DNA of 64,000 nucleotides from Octopus vulgaris (taxonomy: Eukaryota). The translations under genes were made by a program, and so were the position numbers. Numbering within the stretch: position 1 is the first letter of the stretch; the number at the start of each line of letters is the position of its first letter. The stretch is from positions 80,166,001 through 80,230,000 of the forward strand of contig OX597821.1 of NCBI GenBank assembly GCA_951406725.2, given 5' to 3'. Below the pieces are notes generated by a model. That model was given only the letters and a program-made list of their open reading frames with translations, was not told the DNA's origin and ran no database searches. Positions 26,420 to 41,385 of this stretch are shown in pieces.

Positions 26420-27140
26420 AATCCTTATTTCTGATTGAAACAAAAGTAGCAGATTCGTGGGGAATGAGTTAATCAATACCACCGAGATCAATACTATATC
26501 GGTATTGTGTCTCATCGCTACCGGAGGGGGTGAAAGCAAAGTTGACCTTGGCTGTATTTGAACTCTGAATGCACAGAGCCGGCAGAAATGCTGGAAAGTA
26601 TTTCTTACGACGCTCTAGCAATCCTACCAACTCACCATCATCGAACGGATAAAAAAAGGCAATGTCACATGTAGCGGAATTTGAACTCAGAACATAAAGT
26701 TTGAAGAAATACTATTCAGCTCTTTGTCCGGCCTGGCAACGGTTCTACCAGCTTGCTACTTTGCCTCTACTATAACAGTAATATAATAGTTTCAAATTTT
26801 AGCTCAAGGCCAGCAATTTCGGGGGTGGTGGAGGGGTGTAGTCACCCTAGTATTTGGCTGGTATCTATTTTATCGATCGATCAGCGGAATGTCAACACAG
26901 AACGTAAAGCCGGACGAAATGCCACTAAACATTTTGTCCGACATACTAAAAATTCCGCGAGGTTGGTTTCAAATTTTGGCACAAAGCCAGCAATTCCTAG
27001 GGAGTGGGGTTGAGTCGATCAACGGGTTCTTATTTTATCGAATGCGAAAGGAGGAATTTGAACTCAAAACGTATAACCGGATGAAATACCACAAAGCATT
27101 TTATCCGGCGGCCTAATGCTTCTACCAGTTCGCAGCCTCA
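26420..27140 (-). mobile_element. Cluster of old family-B SINE fragments
   Basis: Repeated gaatttgaactc(a/t)gaa and tttcaaattt(t)ggc.caag motifs. Confidence 0.65.
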
Positions 27141-27519
27141 GAAACATCAATAATAACAACAGCAAACGGCAAAACGACGACCTTGGATGACTGAAATGAC
27201 AGTGAAGGCATAAATTTCTGCAAATGATACACTTTCTCACCCCCTATTTCATTGGTTCAATCCCACCTCACTCCGCTACTTCCAATTTATTGGTTTTTCT
27301 TCTTGTATTGCTTCAGAGTGTGTGTCTTTTCTTTTGTTTTGCCTGAATTTTTGTATGTTTTATGTTTAGTTTGTTTTCATAACTTTTATTATTGTTCGAT
27401 TATTTATTTTTGTTTTTGTTCCATCAATCATTTTAATGGCGTTACTTCGGTGTCGGGGTCTAAAGGAAAAAACACAAAGAAAACAAACACACACAAGATC
27501 ATGAAAGCACATACACGCG

Positions 27520-27631
<112 letters not shown>

Positions 27632-27833
27632 TAGACATATACGTTACGTCCAGACACGCGTATACATATATGCACCGACAGACGAAGACAGTCATACAAA
27701 AATACATGCACAACCCTATATACAACCCCATACAATTAGACAGGCAGATGCACATATACGCACAAATACGCAAATGAATATATATACGTAAGTATCGGCA
27801 CAAATACATACATATACACACGTATGCGCAGAA

Positions 27834-27883
<50 letters not shown>

Positions 27884-28444
27884 TTATACATATATACACG
27901 CTTATAAACGCAAACGATATACGTACAACGATATAAGTTCATAGCAGACAAATATACTATCGTATATATACACAGCTATCTATATAACGTATAAATACAG
28001 TTACATATACATGGATTTACATACATACTGACACACTTATACTTACACATACACGCTCGCATTCATAACTATGCGCGCGCACACATATATACGTATACAC
28101 ATATATACACTGGTATAGACAACGAATGAACAGAGACGGTCACATACAATTACAGATAAATATCAACCGAAACACATGCACAGACACTTAGATGTATGTA
28201 TTATATTCACAAATGTCTTAAGACATTCGTACCTTGCCTACAGACAAACACACACACACACACACACACATCTTTCTCGATCAACATTTTTCGGACGATT
28301 ATGGGCCCTGTTAGTGTATATGTTTTCATTCATGTGCGGTTTAGCTCTTATTTCTAGCAATGTTTCCTAACACCATAGTCACATTTAGTGACGTTTGTAA
28401 TACTCCTTTTTGGCGAAACATTGCAAAGTGGTGTTTATATTAAT

Positions 28445-28477
<33 letters not shown>

Positions 28478-28488
28478 ATACACACACG

Positions 28489-28544
<56 letters not shown>

Positions 28545-28565
28545 GAAATACATACATACATACAT

Positions 28566-28983
28566 AGGCGCAGGAGTGGCTGTGTGGTAAGTAGCTTGTT
28601 TACCAACCACATGGTTCCGGGTTCAGTCCCATTGCGTGGCACCTTGGGCAAGTGTCTTCTACTATAGCCTCGGGCCGACCAAAGCTTTGTGAGTGGATTT
28701 GGTAGACGGAAACTGAAAGAAGCCCGTCGTATATATGTATATATATATATGTATGCGTGTGTGTGTTTGTGTGTCTGTGTTTATCCCCATAGCATTGCTT
28801 GGCAACCGATGCTGGTGTGTTTGTGTCCCCGTCACTTAGCGGTTCGGCAAAAGAGACTGATAGAATAAGTACTGGGCTTACAATAAAATAAGTTCCGGGG
28901 TCGAGTTGCTCGACTAAAGGCGGTGCTCCAGCATGGCCTCAGTCAAATGACTGAAACAAGTAAAAGAGTAAAGAGTAAAGAGT
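28566..28983 (+). mobile_element. SINE family A
   Basis: Full-length copy. Confidence 0.9.
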
Positions 28984-29307
28984 ATACATATATGCATACA
29001 TATATATATAACGCGCGCCCGAATGTACACATGTGTCTATGTGTGCATAGCAATGTAATGAGTGAAATATATAAAACATATTTTCACATCGGGGCAGACA
29101 TGCTTTGTGAATGTGAATGGTAGACTGAAACTGTGTGGAACCCCGTGGTATATACATATGTATCTGTATTGTGCCTGTTTGTGGTTGACAGATGCGCATC
29201 TTCAGAACGGGTGTTGTGTTGATTAGTGGTATCTAATAAGTATCAGATTTTAAAAAAAAGTATTGGGTCAGTTTGTGCAACCAAACCCTTCAAGGCGGTG
29301 CCCCATC

Positions 29308-29338
<31 letters not shown>

Positions 29339-29453
29339 GCAGCAATAATAATAATAATGTCTGTCTGAGGTCCTTGTTGTGGATTCACAAACAGTACAAA
29401 ACCCCGGTATCTTCAATCAACAATCTCACGATATTTTATACTATGCGACGTCT

Positions 29454-29509
<56 letters not shown>

Positions 29510-29511
<2 letters not shown>

Positions 29512-30085
29512 TAGCACAGAAATGGTAAGAACATGAACCAGAAGGAGTCACCAAGAACAATGAATATTAGATAATGTGAGATTTTATAATTCAATGTAAC
29601 TCCCTAATCGAGGCTCGGAAACCGGATATTGTTGTGGTAGATAAAGGGAAAAGAGGAAACCAAGATCATATATATTGCAATACCCGGATATGCACCCATA
29701 AGTGATAAAGAACTAGAAAAGATTGAAAAGTAAAGACTACTAAAAGACGAAATTGCAAGAATGTGGACCCTGAGGAGAGTGTCTGTCATTCCAATAGTTG
29801 TAAGGGCACTAGGAGCAATAAGAACCAAGTTCCAGAAATATGTCAAAGAAATCGGAATTGATATGAGACCAGAGCAAGCCCAAAAGACTGCTCTGTTGGG
29901 GGACAGCTAGGACTTTGGGATTGGTTCTTGGATGTTGAATTACTCCCGAGATAATTAACAGCCAAGTATCAAAGCTTATTATGTGCGGAAAGAGATTCTG
30001 TGAGACATCTGAGACTAGGCTGCTGTCCGCTCTCACAGAATCTACCAGAACAAACAAGACCGAACGTTCTGAGAAGTAAAACAAA
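29510..30085 (+). mobile_element. Decayed 5'-truncated R4/Dong-clade LINE, second subfamily
   Basis: W*EHEPEGV...DFIIQ...IEARKPDIVVVDK...IAIPG...KELEKIEK*RLLKDEIARMW...VIPIVVRALGAI...QKTALLG/TARTL, with stops and frameshifts; PD motif of the RLE; (TAA)n on both sides. Confidence 0.88.
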
Positions 30086-30094
30086 AATAATAAT

Positions 30095-30308
30095 AATTCT
30101 TTCTACTATAGGCACAAGGTCTGAAATTTTGGGGAGCAAGGGGTCAGTCGATTTGATCGACCCCAGTACGCAACTGATACATAATTTATCGACCCCGAAA
30201 AGATGAAAGGCATAGTTGACCTCGGCGGAATTTGAACTCAGAACGTAGCGATGGGTGAAGTATGGCTAAGCACTTCGTCCGGCGTGCTAACGTTTTTGCC
30301 AGCTCACT
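30095..30308 (-). mobile_element. SINE family B
   Basis: Reverse complement of B consensus. Confidence 0.85.
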
Positions 30309-30379
30309 GCATTTACAACAATAATGATGATGATGCTGCTGCTGCTGATGATGATGGTGATGGACAATCTCGTCTAAGA

Positions 30380-30655
30380 CGACGTATGAGTGTTGTTCAG
30401 CTTTTGCCGAATGACCTGCACAAATAATTTGTTTATTCTGAACAACTGTATGTGTTGCACATTACCTGACTCTCTCCATCGAATCGACATTCTCTGAACA
30501 GGTACACAAGTGTACCACATGTCAGATATCGAAATGATTGCAGAGAAACATAAGACGAAGTGTTTTGCTCAAGAACACAATGTACCAATCGGTCTAGGAA
30601 TTGAAACCGCGATCTCGCAATCGTGAGTGCAACACTAACTACTAGGCCATGCGCC
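30380..30655 (-). mobile_element. Diverged CORE-like SINE (family D/E)
   Basis: gaagtgttttgctcaagaacacaa...ctaactactaggccatgcgcc. Confidence 0.65.
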
Positions 30656-30682
30656 CAGGTAGCACAATCGGTCAGCGTGACG

Positions 30683-30736
<54 letters not shown>

Positions 30737-30737
30737 C

Positions 30738-30772
<35 letters not shown>

Positions 30773-30871
30773 TGATGACGATGATGATGATGATGATGAC
30801 GATAAAGCAGCTAAGAAAAAGATGGAAGCAAGAAAAGAAGCTTGAGGAATGCCAGATGAGCTGCTGGAAGA

Positions 30872-31300
30872 TTGGCTGTGTGGTAAGTAGCTTGCTTCAC
30901 AAATCACATGGTTCCGGGTTCAGTCCTACTGCGTGGCACCTTGGGCAAGTGTCCTCGGGCCGACCAAAGCCTTGTGAGTGGATTTGGAAGACGGAAACTG
31001 AAAGTAACCCATCGTATATATATATATATATATATATATACGATGGGTTACTTTAATATATATAATGTCCAGTATCATTATTGTTTTCAGTCATTTGACT
31101 GCAGCCATGCTGGAGCACCGCCTTTTAGTTGAGCCATCACTTGACAACCAATACTGGTGTGTTTACGTCCCCGTAACTTAGCAGTTCTACCAAAGAGACC
31201 GATGGGATAAGTACTAGGCTTATAAAGAATAAGACCTCGGGTCGATTTGTTCGACTAAAAGGTGGTGCTCCAGTATGGCCGCAGTCAAATGACTGAAAAA
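30872..31300 (+). mobile_element. Rearranged SINE family A with internal fold-back duplications
   Basis: Normal head and tail; the middle is replaced by a palindrome and an inverted copy of the tail. Confidence 0.85.
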
Positions 31301-31699
31301 ATAATGTTGCTCGACATTAGAAGCGACATATTCAACTTGAAAAAGTTCGAGAAACCTAAAGAATCTTTACCAAGGAAATCAGAAAACCTGTCCGTTTTTA
31401 TGTCAAATTTTATTACGAACAATTTTAAATTACACCAAATCTCAATACTTTTTGCAGAGTACGTATTATCTTTAACAAGAATAATATTGACAGTGACCTC
31501 GAAGTTTCAGCCTGCCAAACCACTATCGCAGACAGCTTAGATACATATATGCATACATATATTTCATACATGCATACGTATATATATGTGTGTATGTATG
31601 TATGTATGTATGTATGTATGTATGTATGTATGTATGTATGTATGTATGTATGTATGTATGTACGTATGTATATATTTATGTGTATATATGTACCTTTAT

Positions 31700-31900
31700 C
31701 TTTTACCTTCTCTTTGTTTCACCCATTGGACTGTGGCCATGCTAGGGCACCACCTTGAAGTATTTAGTCAAATATATCGACTTCAGTACTTAGTTTATGT
31801 CTGTTGGTACATTTTACCAAAGTGCCAACTAAGTGGGACACAAACAAACTAACACCGCTTGTCAAGTTGTGGTGAGAGACTAACAAAAGCACACACACAC
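31700..31900 (-). mobile_element. Diverged 3' fragment of SINE family A
   Basis: cattggactgtggccatgctagggcaccacc...ttgtcaag. Confidence 0.65.
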
Positions 31901-32030
31901 GCACACACATGCACACACACAATCATGTATACAAAGAAACACTGTTACACTGTAGCATACGAAAAATACGGACGTACAGTCGGTTTATAAATTAGCGTTC
32001 GTCAGAAATAAGCAGAAACGTACACAATCT

Positions 32031-32088
<58 letters not shown>

Positions 32089-32424
32089 GACAAATATAAA
32101 TTAAAAAAAACATACACACTGACAAGGCTGTAATACCCTGATTACAAAGCAGAAAGCCTTACATAAAAGAAAACAGAAAAAAAACATAAATATATAAAGA
32201 ACAAAGGCAATAGTAGGTGTGGAATAGAAAACATTTCTTCGCAGATTCCAAAGTTGCTTAAATTTAAGGGCGGACACCTTCCTTTTGACATTATTTGGTC
32301 AATTTTGTATTAATTCTTCTGTTGATTATTTAGACATTCTATATAATCTTTGAAACGTTTGATACAATACTTGGTTGAAAATGTAAACGTTATTTATATT
32401 ATATAGGCTTTCCATTATAGCTGG

Positions 32425-32467
<43 letters not shown>

Positions 32468-32568
32468 GTTTGTATGCCATTGGTCACTGAATGCTTCCCT
32501 TTTCTCTCTATGTTTGATTACATTCTGCTTTATATATAAATATATATAAATATGTTTATATGTTTTTA

Positions 32569-32624
<56 letters not shown>

Positions 32625-33196
32625 GGTACATATATATGTAGGTACATATATAAGTGCGTATATATATATTTATATATACGTATACATGTTTTGTATGTAT
32701 ACGATATATGCTTATATTTATATATGCGCATGTATGTATTGCGAAAGAGGGGAGCGAAGTGAAGAATGAAATACACGTACACACACACACGCACACAGAC
32801 AGACACACATAGATGCACACACACACATACACACACATATGTATACATATCTATACATACATATATGCATCGATGTATGTATATATATATATATATATAT
32901 AACAAAGTGGAGTTGTAGGGTACATATATATATATATATATATGCATATGTATATGTATGTATATATATATATATATATATGTATGTATATATATGTGTA
33001 TATATATGTATATATCATATAAGTTTAATTCTTCCAGCAATCAACGCAAACGTTGGCAGTGTTTATGAATCACTTCAGTATTTACAAACCAACAAAATTC
33101 ACATTTCTCATCAAACACACACATATATATATATTAGCACACACACAAACACACTCACACACGCGTATATACACATACATGCATACGTACATTCAT

Positions 33197-33227
<31 letters not shown>

Positions 33228-35001
33228 CGTATATATATATACACACACACATACATATATATATATATACACACATACACATACATCTATAAATACACAC
33301 ACACACACACACACATATAAATATATAATTATACTTACAAGTGTGTATGTGACTATGTATGACTTGATGAAGGCACATTCCCATAATTTAAGCAACAAAT
33401 ACAACTAGAACGCCATTAATACCACCACCACCACCAACACCACCACCAACACCAACAACAGCAACAGCAACATCAACGATTATGCTACGACGACGACGAC
33501 GACATCTGCAAGCAAGTGCCCCATTTACAAGTTGTTTATTAAGTACAAGTGATAAACTCAATCTGACAGGTGCTGTTTATGCCACAGAAACATCTTTGGT
33601 AACCTTTAAAGTTTACAGAATCCAATTCTGTTATGCTACAAGCCGAGCATCTGCTTTGGTAAATTTCTCTGTGACCATCCTCCAAGTTTACACAACCCTC
33701 CAAAGGAATAGTGCGAATTGAATGTCTGCTATTGAAATTTTTTCTCTTTTCCCTTCTTATAGTTTACAGAAATAAGTCTAGGCTTGAGTGCAAGTTAAGA
33801 GCATTGCTACGCAATTACTGAATGCTGTTGATACGATTTAAAATTGATGTTTTCAATTAAAAGTCGTACACGCTACATTACACTGTACCAACATATATTG
33901 ACCCTCCATCGCTTCGGCTTCCATCGCACCATCACTCACTCACAAGCCGGCCAGACAGTTTCCATATAACTGCTTGGTCTATTTAATGTAGCGGCCAAAT
34001 CCGCCAAATATCTCCAACACACACACAGACACACACACACACACAAAAGCGCGCGCGCATGCGTACACAGACATGAAAACTTTTCCTCTTAAATCTTAGA
34101 CTTCCTAAACCCTCTTATCCGAATACCATGGAACATAAATGAATGAATTCACAACTGAACGGGACGCCGGTCGGTAAGTTGCAAGGATCAGGGCCGGCAA
34201 CATTTTATGGAAAGGATCAAGTCGATTTCATCGACCAGAACTCGACTGGTACTTTACTTTAATGATCCCGAAATGAAAGGTGAAGTTGACCTCAACAGGT
34301 TTTGACCCAATTCCATTACAAAGGGACACAATAAGGTCAAGGTCTTCTTGAAACCTTAAAGCACAAATCCCGGCAATATTAATAAGGTACACGTATATAT
34401 TCGAACGATACTCAGACATTGATTTTGGTATAGGTTCAAGAAGACTATATTCGTTGCTCAATTGAATGCCATCATATAGGACGTTGTGTGGCCATAGCGC
34501 CGCCCATGTTGCTGCGCACCATTCGAAGCAGAACCCCTATGTGAAGAAAGATATTTACACAATAGCACGGCTGCGGAGAAGCAGACGGATCAATCTGCCC
34601 CGAGTGACGCTTCTATGGGGCGTCGCTTAGAGGTTAGCTGCACATGCCTTGGCAAGCTTGCAAGGCCTGGTGAGCATGGTACGCATTCTAGCTACATCAC
34701 TATACCTACATATGTGTCTGCTACTTTATGCCGCGGCAACCTCTAAGTGATAGTTCCTTCTTTATCCAACGAATAGTCGTAGTAGCTTTCCACAAAGTGT
34801 TAATGGTGCTACTATTCCAATTCTGTCATCCAAAAATGGGCTGCATTTAAACGTTGAATTTACAAAAGAAACATATATGAAACACCAAGTTTATAATTAT
34901 TGTTTTCATTGACGTCCATATTTACCATACAGAAAAATATCCTTAACCTTCCTTTTCTTTCGGTGTTTAGGACTATTGCTCCTAAACACACACACACACT
35001 A

Positions 35002-35042
<41 letters not shown>

Positions 35043-35069
35043 CGCTTGTATATATGCATATATACATAT

Positions 35070-35325
35070 ATTCTTTTATTCTTTTACTTGTTTCAGTCAT
35101 TTCACTGTTGGAGCACCGCCTTTTAGTCAAACAGATTGACCCCAGCACTTATTCTTTGTAATCCTAGTACTTATTCTATCGATCTCTTTTGCCGAACCGC
35201 TAGGTTACGGGGACGTAAACACACCAGCATCGGTTGTCAAGTGATGGTGGGGGAGGTACAAACACAGACACACAATCATACACGCACACACTCATATACA
35301 TATACATACATACACACACATACAT

Positions 35326-35358
<33 letters not shown>

Positions 35359-35510
35359 CATACGACAGGCTTCTTTCAGTTTCCGTCTAACAAATCCACT
35401 CACAAGTTTTGGTCGGTCCGGGGCTATAGTAGAAGACACTTGCTGAAGGTGCCACGCAGTGGGACTGAATCTGGGACCATGTGGTTGGTAAGCAAGCTAC
35501 TTACCACACA
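35070..35510 (-). mobile_element. SINE family A
   Basis: Near full-length copy. Confidence 0.9.
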
Positions 35511-35593
35511 ACCGTGTGTACACACACATACAAACACACACACACACACACACTCACACATATATATATAAATATATACTCTTTTGTGTGTAC

Positions 35594-35719
<126 letters not shown>

Positions 35720-36134
35720 GTATGTATGTAAGTATGTATATGGGAAATACTTTAATAGATAGGGCACAGGACTAGATATACGTGACTGATGGATATTTTA
35801 CGGTATCTGTACTGTGGTTGCACTGCAGGAGATGAACGTATATCTCCAAACTCTCCCAATAGGCGTTGGGGGTGAATCAAGTATTAGTGTTTTATAATAA
35901 GTAACAATATCTACTGCAAGTAGATAAAGTTAAAACCATTCCATAATACACACTGATAACCAGATTAAAAATACACTCACACGCACACACACACAAACAC
36001 ATACAAATAATATATAAGCACATATGTATATACATATATATGCGCGTATGTATATAAATATAAGTATTTATATATGAATATGCATATATGCGTGTATATG
36101 TATGTATGTATGGATAGCTAAATTGCTAAATACA

Positions 36135-36180
<46 letters not shown>

Positions 36181-36197
36181 CATATATATATGCATAT

Positions 36198-36254
<57 letters not shown>

Positions 36255-36676
36255 ATATACAATATATATATTTATATATATTTGTATACAGGATATATAT
36301 ACATATATATATTTATATTTATATTCACACATACATACATACGTATTTTTATATGCCTCTATATTTGTATACACATACATTGGAATGATCTTTACTTGAG
36401 TCAGGACTTTCTACAATTATTTATCATGTAGGTAATCATGCCCACACTCACACACACACACACACACACACACATATAGATGAGCGCGCGTGCATATGAA
36501 TACGTATATGTGTGTGCGTAAATATATATGTGTGTGTCTGCATTTTTGGGGTGCAAATGTGTGTACAAGTACATAAGTTTTATATATATATATACAGTTA
36601 TATATATATATATACATACATAAATACATACATACATACATACATACATACATACATACATACATACATACATACA

Positions 36677-36708
<32 letters not shown>

Positions 36709-37084
36709 ATATATACAATCTAAAAATAGTCTCTGAAAGATTGATGTATTGTAATGTCAGGTTAAATTAAGAAGTATTTATTTTATTTTTATCTACGATT
36801 TAATGTAGCTTATACGCATTGTCTATATATCATATATTATTTACATAATTTAAAACATGTGTATATAATTGTGCACAACAACAGCGATATACAAAATACG
36901 TGAAGAAGAAATGAGCGCCCGAAGTCTTATCTGTTGGTGTGACGTTTGAAAGTTTTTAATAGCATGCGTGTAAACGTGCACACGTACTACCCACAACCCA
37001 TATGTACATATACGATTGTATGTATGTTTGTCTATGCGAATATACATTATATACATACATACAACATACATATATATATATATG

Positions 37085-37126
<42 letters not shown>

Positions 37127-38105
37127 TATATATACATATATACATTCATATATATATATACATATATTTAGTAAGTATGTATAGATATATATTAGTACGA
37201 ATGTATATATGTATATATTGAGAAGTTATTGCGTTCATTTATAGATAAAAAAAATAAGTATATGTTTAATCACTTTGGAAAATAAACTGCATGTATGTTT
37301 GTGTGTGTGTATATATATATATGTAGGTATGCATGCATATTTATAAAATACATATATATTTATGTATGTACATGTGTATATATGTATGTGTATGTACACT
37401 CACACACACACACGCACACACACACACACACGCACACACACACACACATATATATTTATATATATGTTCCTAATGGTGCGTTCGTTGGCGTGTAGTCGTA
37501 GTAGTGGGACATGTTTTTCTGCATGCTCAACATGATCCCAATCTTATCATCCCATTTAGAACTTACTAGATATCAGTAGTTAAACAGCCATCAAACACTT
37601 ATGGCTTCCTTACACCATTTCTTTATCTATTTATTGTTTAAGTTCTTTTGCCTTTTTATTCCACTTATCTTCTATTCCTAATTTTCTCATCTAAGCTGCA
37701 AGTTTCCTGGCAAAGTAAAGTTGTGATTGGTTACCTCTCCAGCCAGGAATAAGTTTATAAGTTACCCCTCCACACCCATTTGCTAAACACCTGCTGTTTG
37801 TGATCGTGTAATGATTAACTTAACGGAATATCTCTGTTCTTTCCAGAGTTATTTTTATAGAGAAGAAGAAAACAAAGCAAAAATCGTGGATCCGAGGGAA
37901 ACAGCAAAAATCTGTGTTGGCAGAAACCAGTTAACAGAACGAGTGAATATTCGTGCATCAGAAGCCAATATAGGAGTCATCTAAAATACACGAGAGACCT
38001 GCTCTGGAGTTGCTTTACCTACCTACATACTTACCTATCTACCTGCCTGCCTACCTACCTACCTACCTACCTACCTACCTACCTACTTACATACATACAT
38101 ACATA

Positions 38106-38394
38106 GTTGTTTGTTCCTGGCTCATAGGACCGGTTTCCCGGTTTCCTTGGCGTATAGATTCCCCACCTGGATGGGACGCCGGTCCGTCGCAGGTGAGCTG
38201 CAAGATGCAGAAGGAAAGAGTGAGAGAAAGTTGTGGTGAAAGAGTCAGCAGAAGTTCGCCATTACCTTCTACCGGAGCCTCGTGGAGCTTAGGTATTTCG
38301 CTCATAAACTTACACATCACCCGGTCTGAGATTCGAACCCGTGATCTCTCGACCGCGAGTCGGCTGCTCTAAGCACTAGGCCATGTGCCTCCAC
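38106..38394 (-). mobile_element. SINE family C
   Basis: Matches 9569-9863. Confidence 0.9.
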
Positions 38395-38782
38395 ACATAC
38401 ATAAATACATACATATATACTTACATACATACACACACACATAACTATTTAGCGGCTGTCAGCTTGTAGACGAGTTTGACCAACACTTAAATTATTTCAT
38501 CCCAGATGTTAAAAAGAATGGCTCTCAGCCAGGTCCGTGCTGATGTTTAAATGCCGCTACGAGTCCACCTACAAAGCCGAGTAGTAAAGAAACAAGACCA
38601 AGATCCTCGGGTTCGCAATGAGACGGATGTTATTCCGGAATTTCCTTTTCCGACGTGAGTCTCTCACACCCAACAGTTGGATGACCGTTGATTTAACCGA
38701 GTTCATCCGTCCTTTGACAGGCTCTTTCTTATGTTGCATACAAACATACATACATGTATGTATGCGTGTACGACAATATTTC

Positions 38783-38828
38783 CTTTACTGATGAGCTGGA
38801 GCTAGCAATTGAAACACACGTCGGTAGT
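38783..38828 (+). ncRNA. Degenerate hammerhead ribozyme-like motif
   Basis: CTGATGA (38788)...GAAAC-ACAC-GTC; helices I and II imperfect. Confidence 0.35.
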
Positions 38829-39559
38829 AAACTGATATTTAACTTAATATCAGACTTTGTACTTCCTACTATGTTTTGTCTATATATATATGTCATTGTA
38901 CACACATTAGATTACAGTATAGTTATGAATATATGTGTGTATATGTGTTTGTGCAAATATATACGCACAAATACATACACACATACATATAAAAATGTAT
39001 AGATACATGCGCGCAACCACACTATACATCACTGACTTCATGTTTCTACGTCGTGGCAGGATTTCATATTATTACCACCACCACCACCACCACCACCACC
39101 ACCACCACCTCATTGTTGTTTCATTGCCTCAAGCTCGTTTCTTTATTTATCTTCCCAACATATTTGAACATTCTACGAAACATGGCATGTCTTTCATTTT
39201 GTTTTTCTCTCTCCACATGGAAGATGGCGTCTTCAACAGAGCAATTTTTGTGAAACATCAGCAATTTCATAGAGAGTAACGTATACTAAACATTGCTGAT
39301 ATCACCAACAACACTACAACGACGACTTCCACAACTAACACCACCAACGTCAACACCAACACCAACACATTTAACTCCCTCTCCCACCACCGCCACCACC
39401 AACAACAACAACTACAACTACAACAACAACAATAGAAATTACAATCACAGCAGTAACACCAACTATAACAACCACTTACGATATTTGAGTGTTAAGGTTG
39501 ACCAGTGCAATGCCGTGTCTATTTTGCCAGAACTCTATAAGCAGATGGCGTAACTTAGT

Positions 39560-40320
<761 letters not shown>

Positions 40321-40397
40321 AATGCCAGTAAGACGAAACACGCCACCGTAGTGAGAATAACAGCCACAGCAACGATAACAATCGTAAGAGAGTAATT

Positions 40398-40715
40398 ACG
40401 GTTTCAACTTTTGGCACAAGTCTAGCAGTTCTGAGGGTAGGGATCTAATCGATTATATCAGTCACTGTGCTCAATTGGTACTTATTTCACCGAACTCGAA
40501 AAGCAAATCCCGGTGGGATTTGAACTCAGAACGTGAAAAGCTGAAAGAAATGCCGATAAGTAGTTTGTCCAGCGCGTTAACGATTCTGCTAGCATGTCGC
40601 CCTGGTAGCAAGAGTTCGTTACATAGGTATAAGGCAAGCAACTTTTAAGGGGAGGGTAAGTCAATGACATTGATCCTAGTGCTCAACTAATTGTATTAAT
40701 CTTGAAAGGATGTAT
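40398..40715 (-). mobile_element. Old family-B SINE fragments
   Basis: tttggcacaag...gggatttgaactcagaacgt...aacgattctgctagc. Confidence 0.65.
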
Positions 40716-41385
40716 AAAAACTTAATACTTTATACATATCACCGTCAAAAACTATGGCTGCCATGCGTTTATATGCCTGAACACTTATAGACTTTGCTAT
40801 GATGTAAATCAATATTTTTCATTTTTCATTTTATATGTATTTGCCGATTTATAATGTTTTGTATTGTACTGTATTATTATTATTGTTGTTGTTGCTATCA
40901 TATTGCTTTTCCAATATATTATATTATGATATCGATGTATTCTACCTGATTTTTTTCCACATAATATGTACTGTGAACTGCGTGATACATATATTGTTTT
41001 GCTGGTATTATTGTTATTAATAATAATAATAATAATAATAATAGTAGCAATGGTGGTAATGGTAATAATAATGATGGTAACATTAATGGCATTTTGTAAC
41101 TTGATATAATGAACTCTTGACTTTGTATATGTGCATTTGAATATAGATATGTGTATGTTTGCATATTGTAATATTCTAATATATTGTTTTGACAAACTGT
41201 AACCTTGAATATAGAACATATGTATGTATATTGTTGTATATTATTATGTATATGTGTATGTATAAATAGGAGTATGGGTATATGCACTCATATGTATGTG
41301 TATATTATATATTATGGGTATGTACCCACTCTTGTATGGGTGCACCTCCTCTGATATTCATATTTAGTTTTGTTTGTACTTTATA

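Noticed and set aside
28566-28650. tRNA-like A and B boxes at SINE heads as tRNA genes
   Set aside because: They continue into SINE bodies and lack complete cloverleaf stems.
34480-34630. Peptide NPYVKKDIYTIARL resembling the CR1/L2 RT C-terminus
   Set aside because: Similarity covers only a few residues with no flanking motifs.
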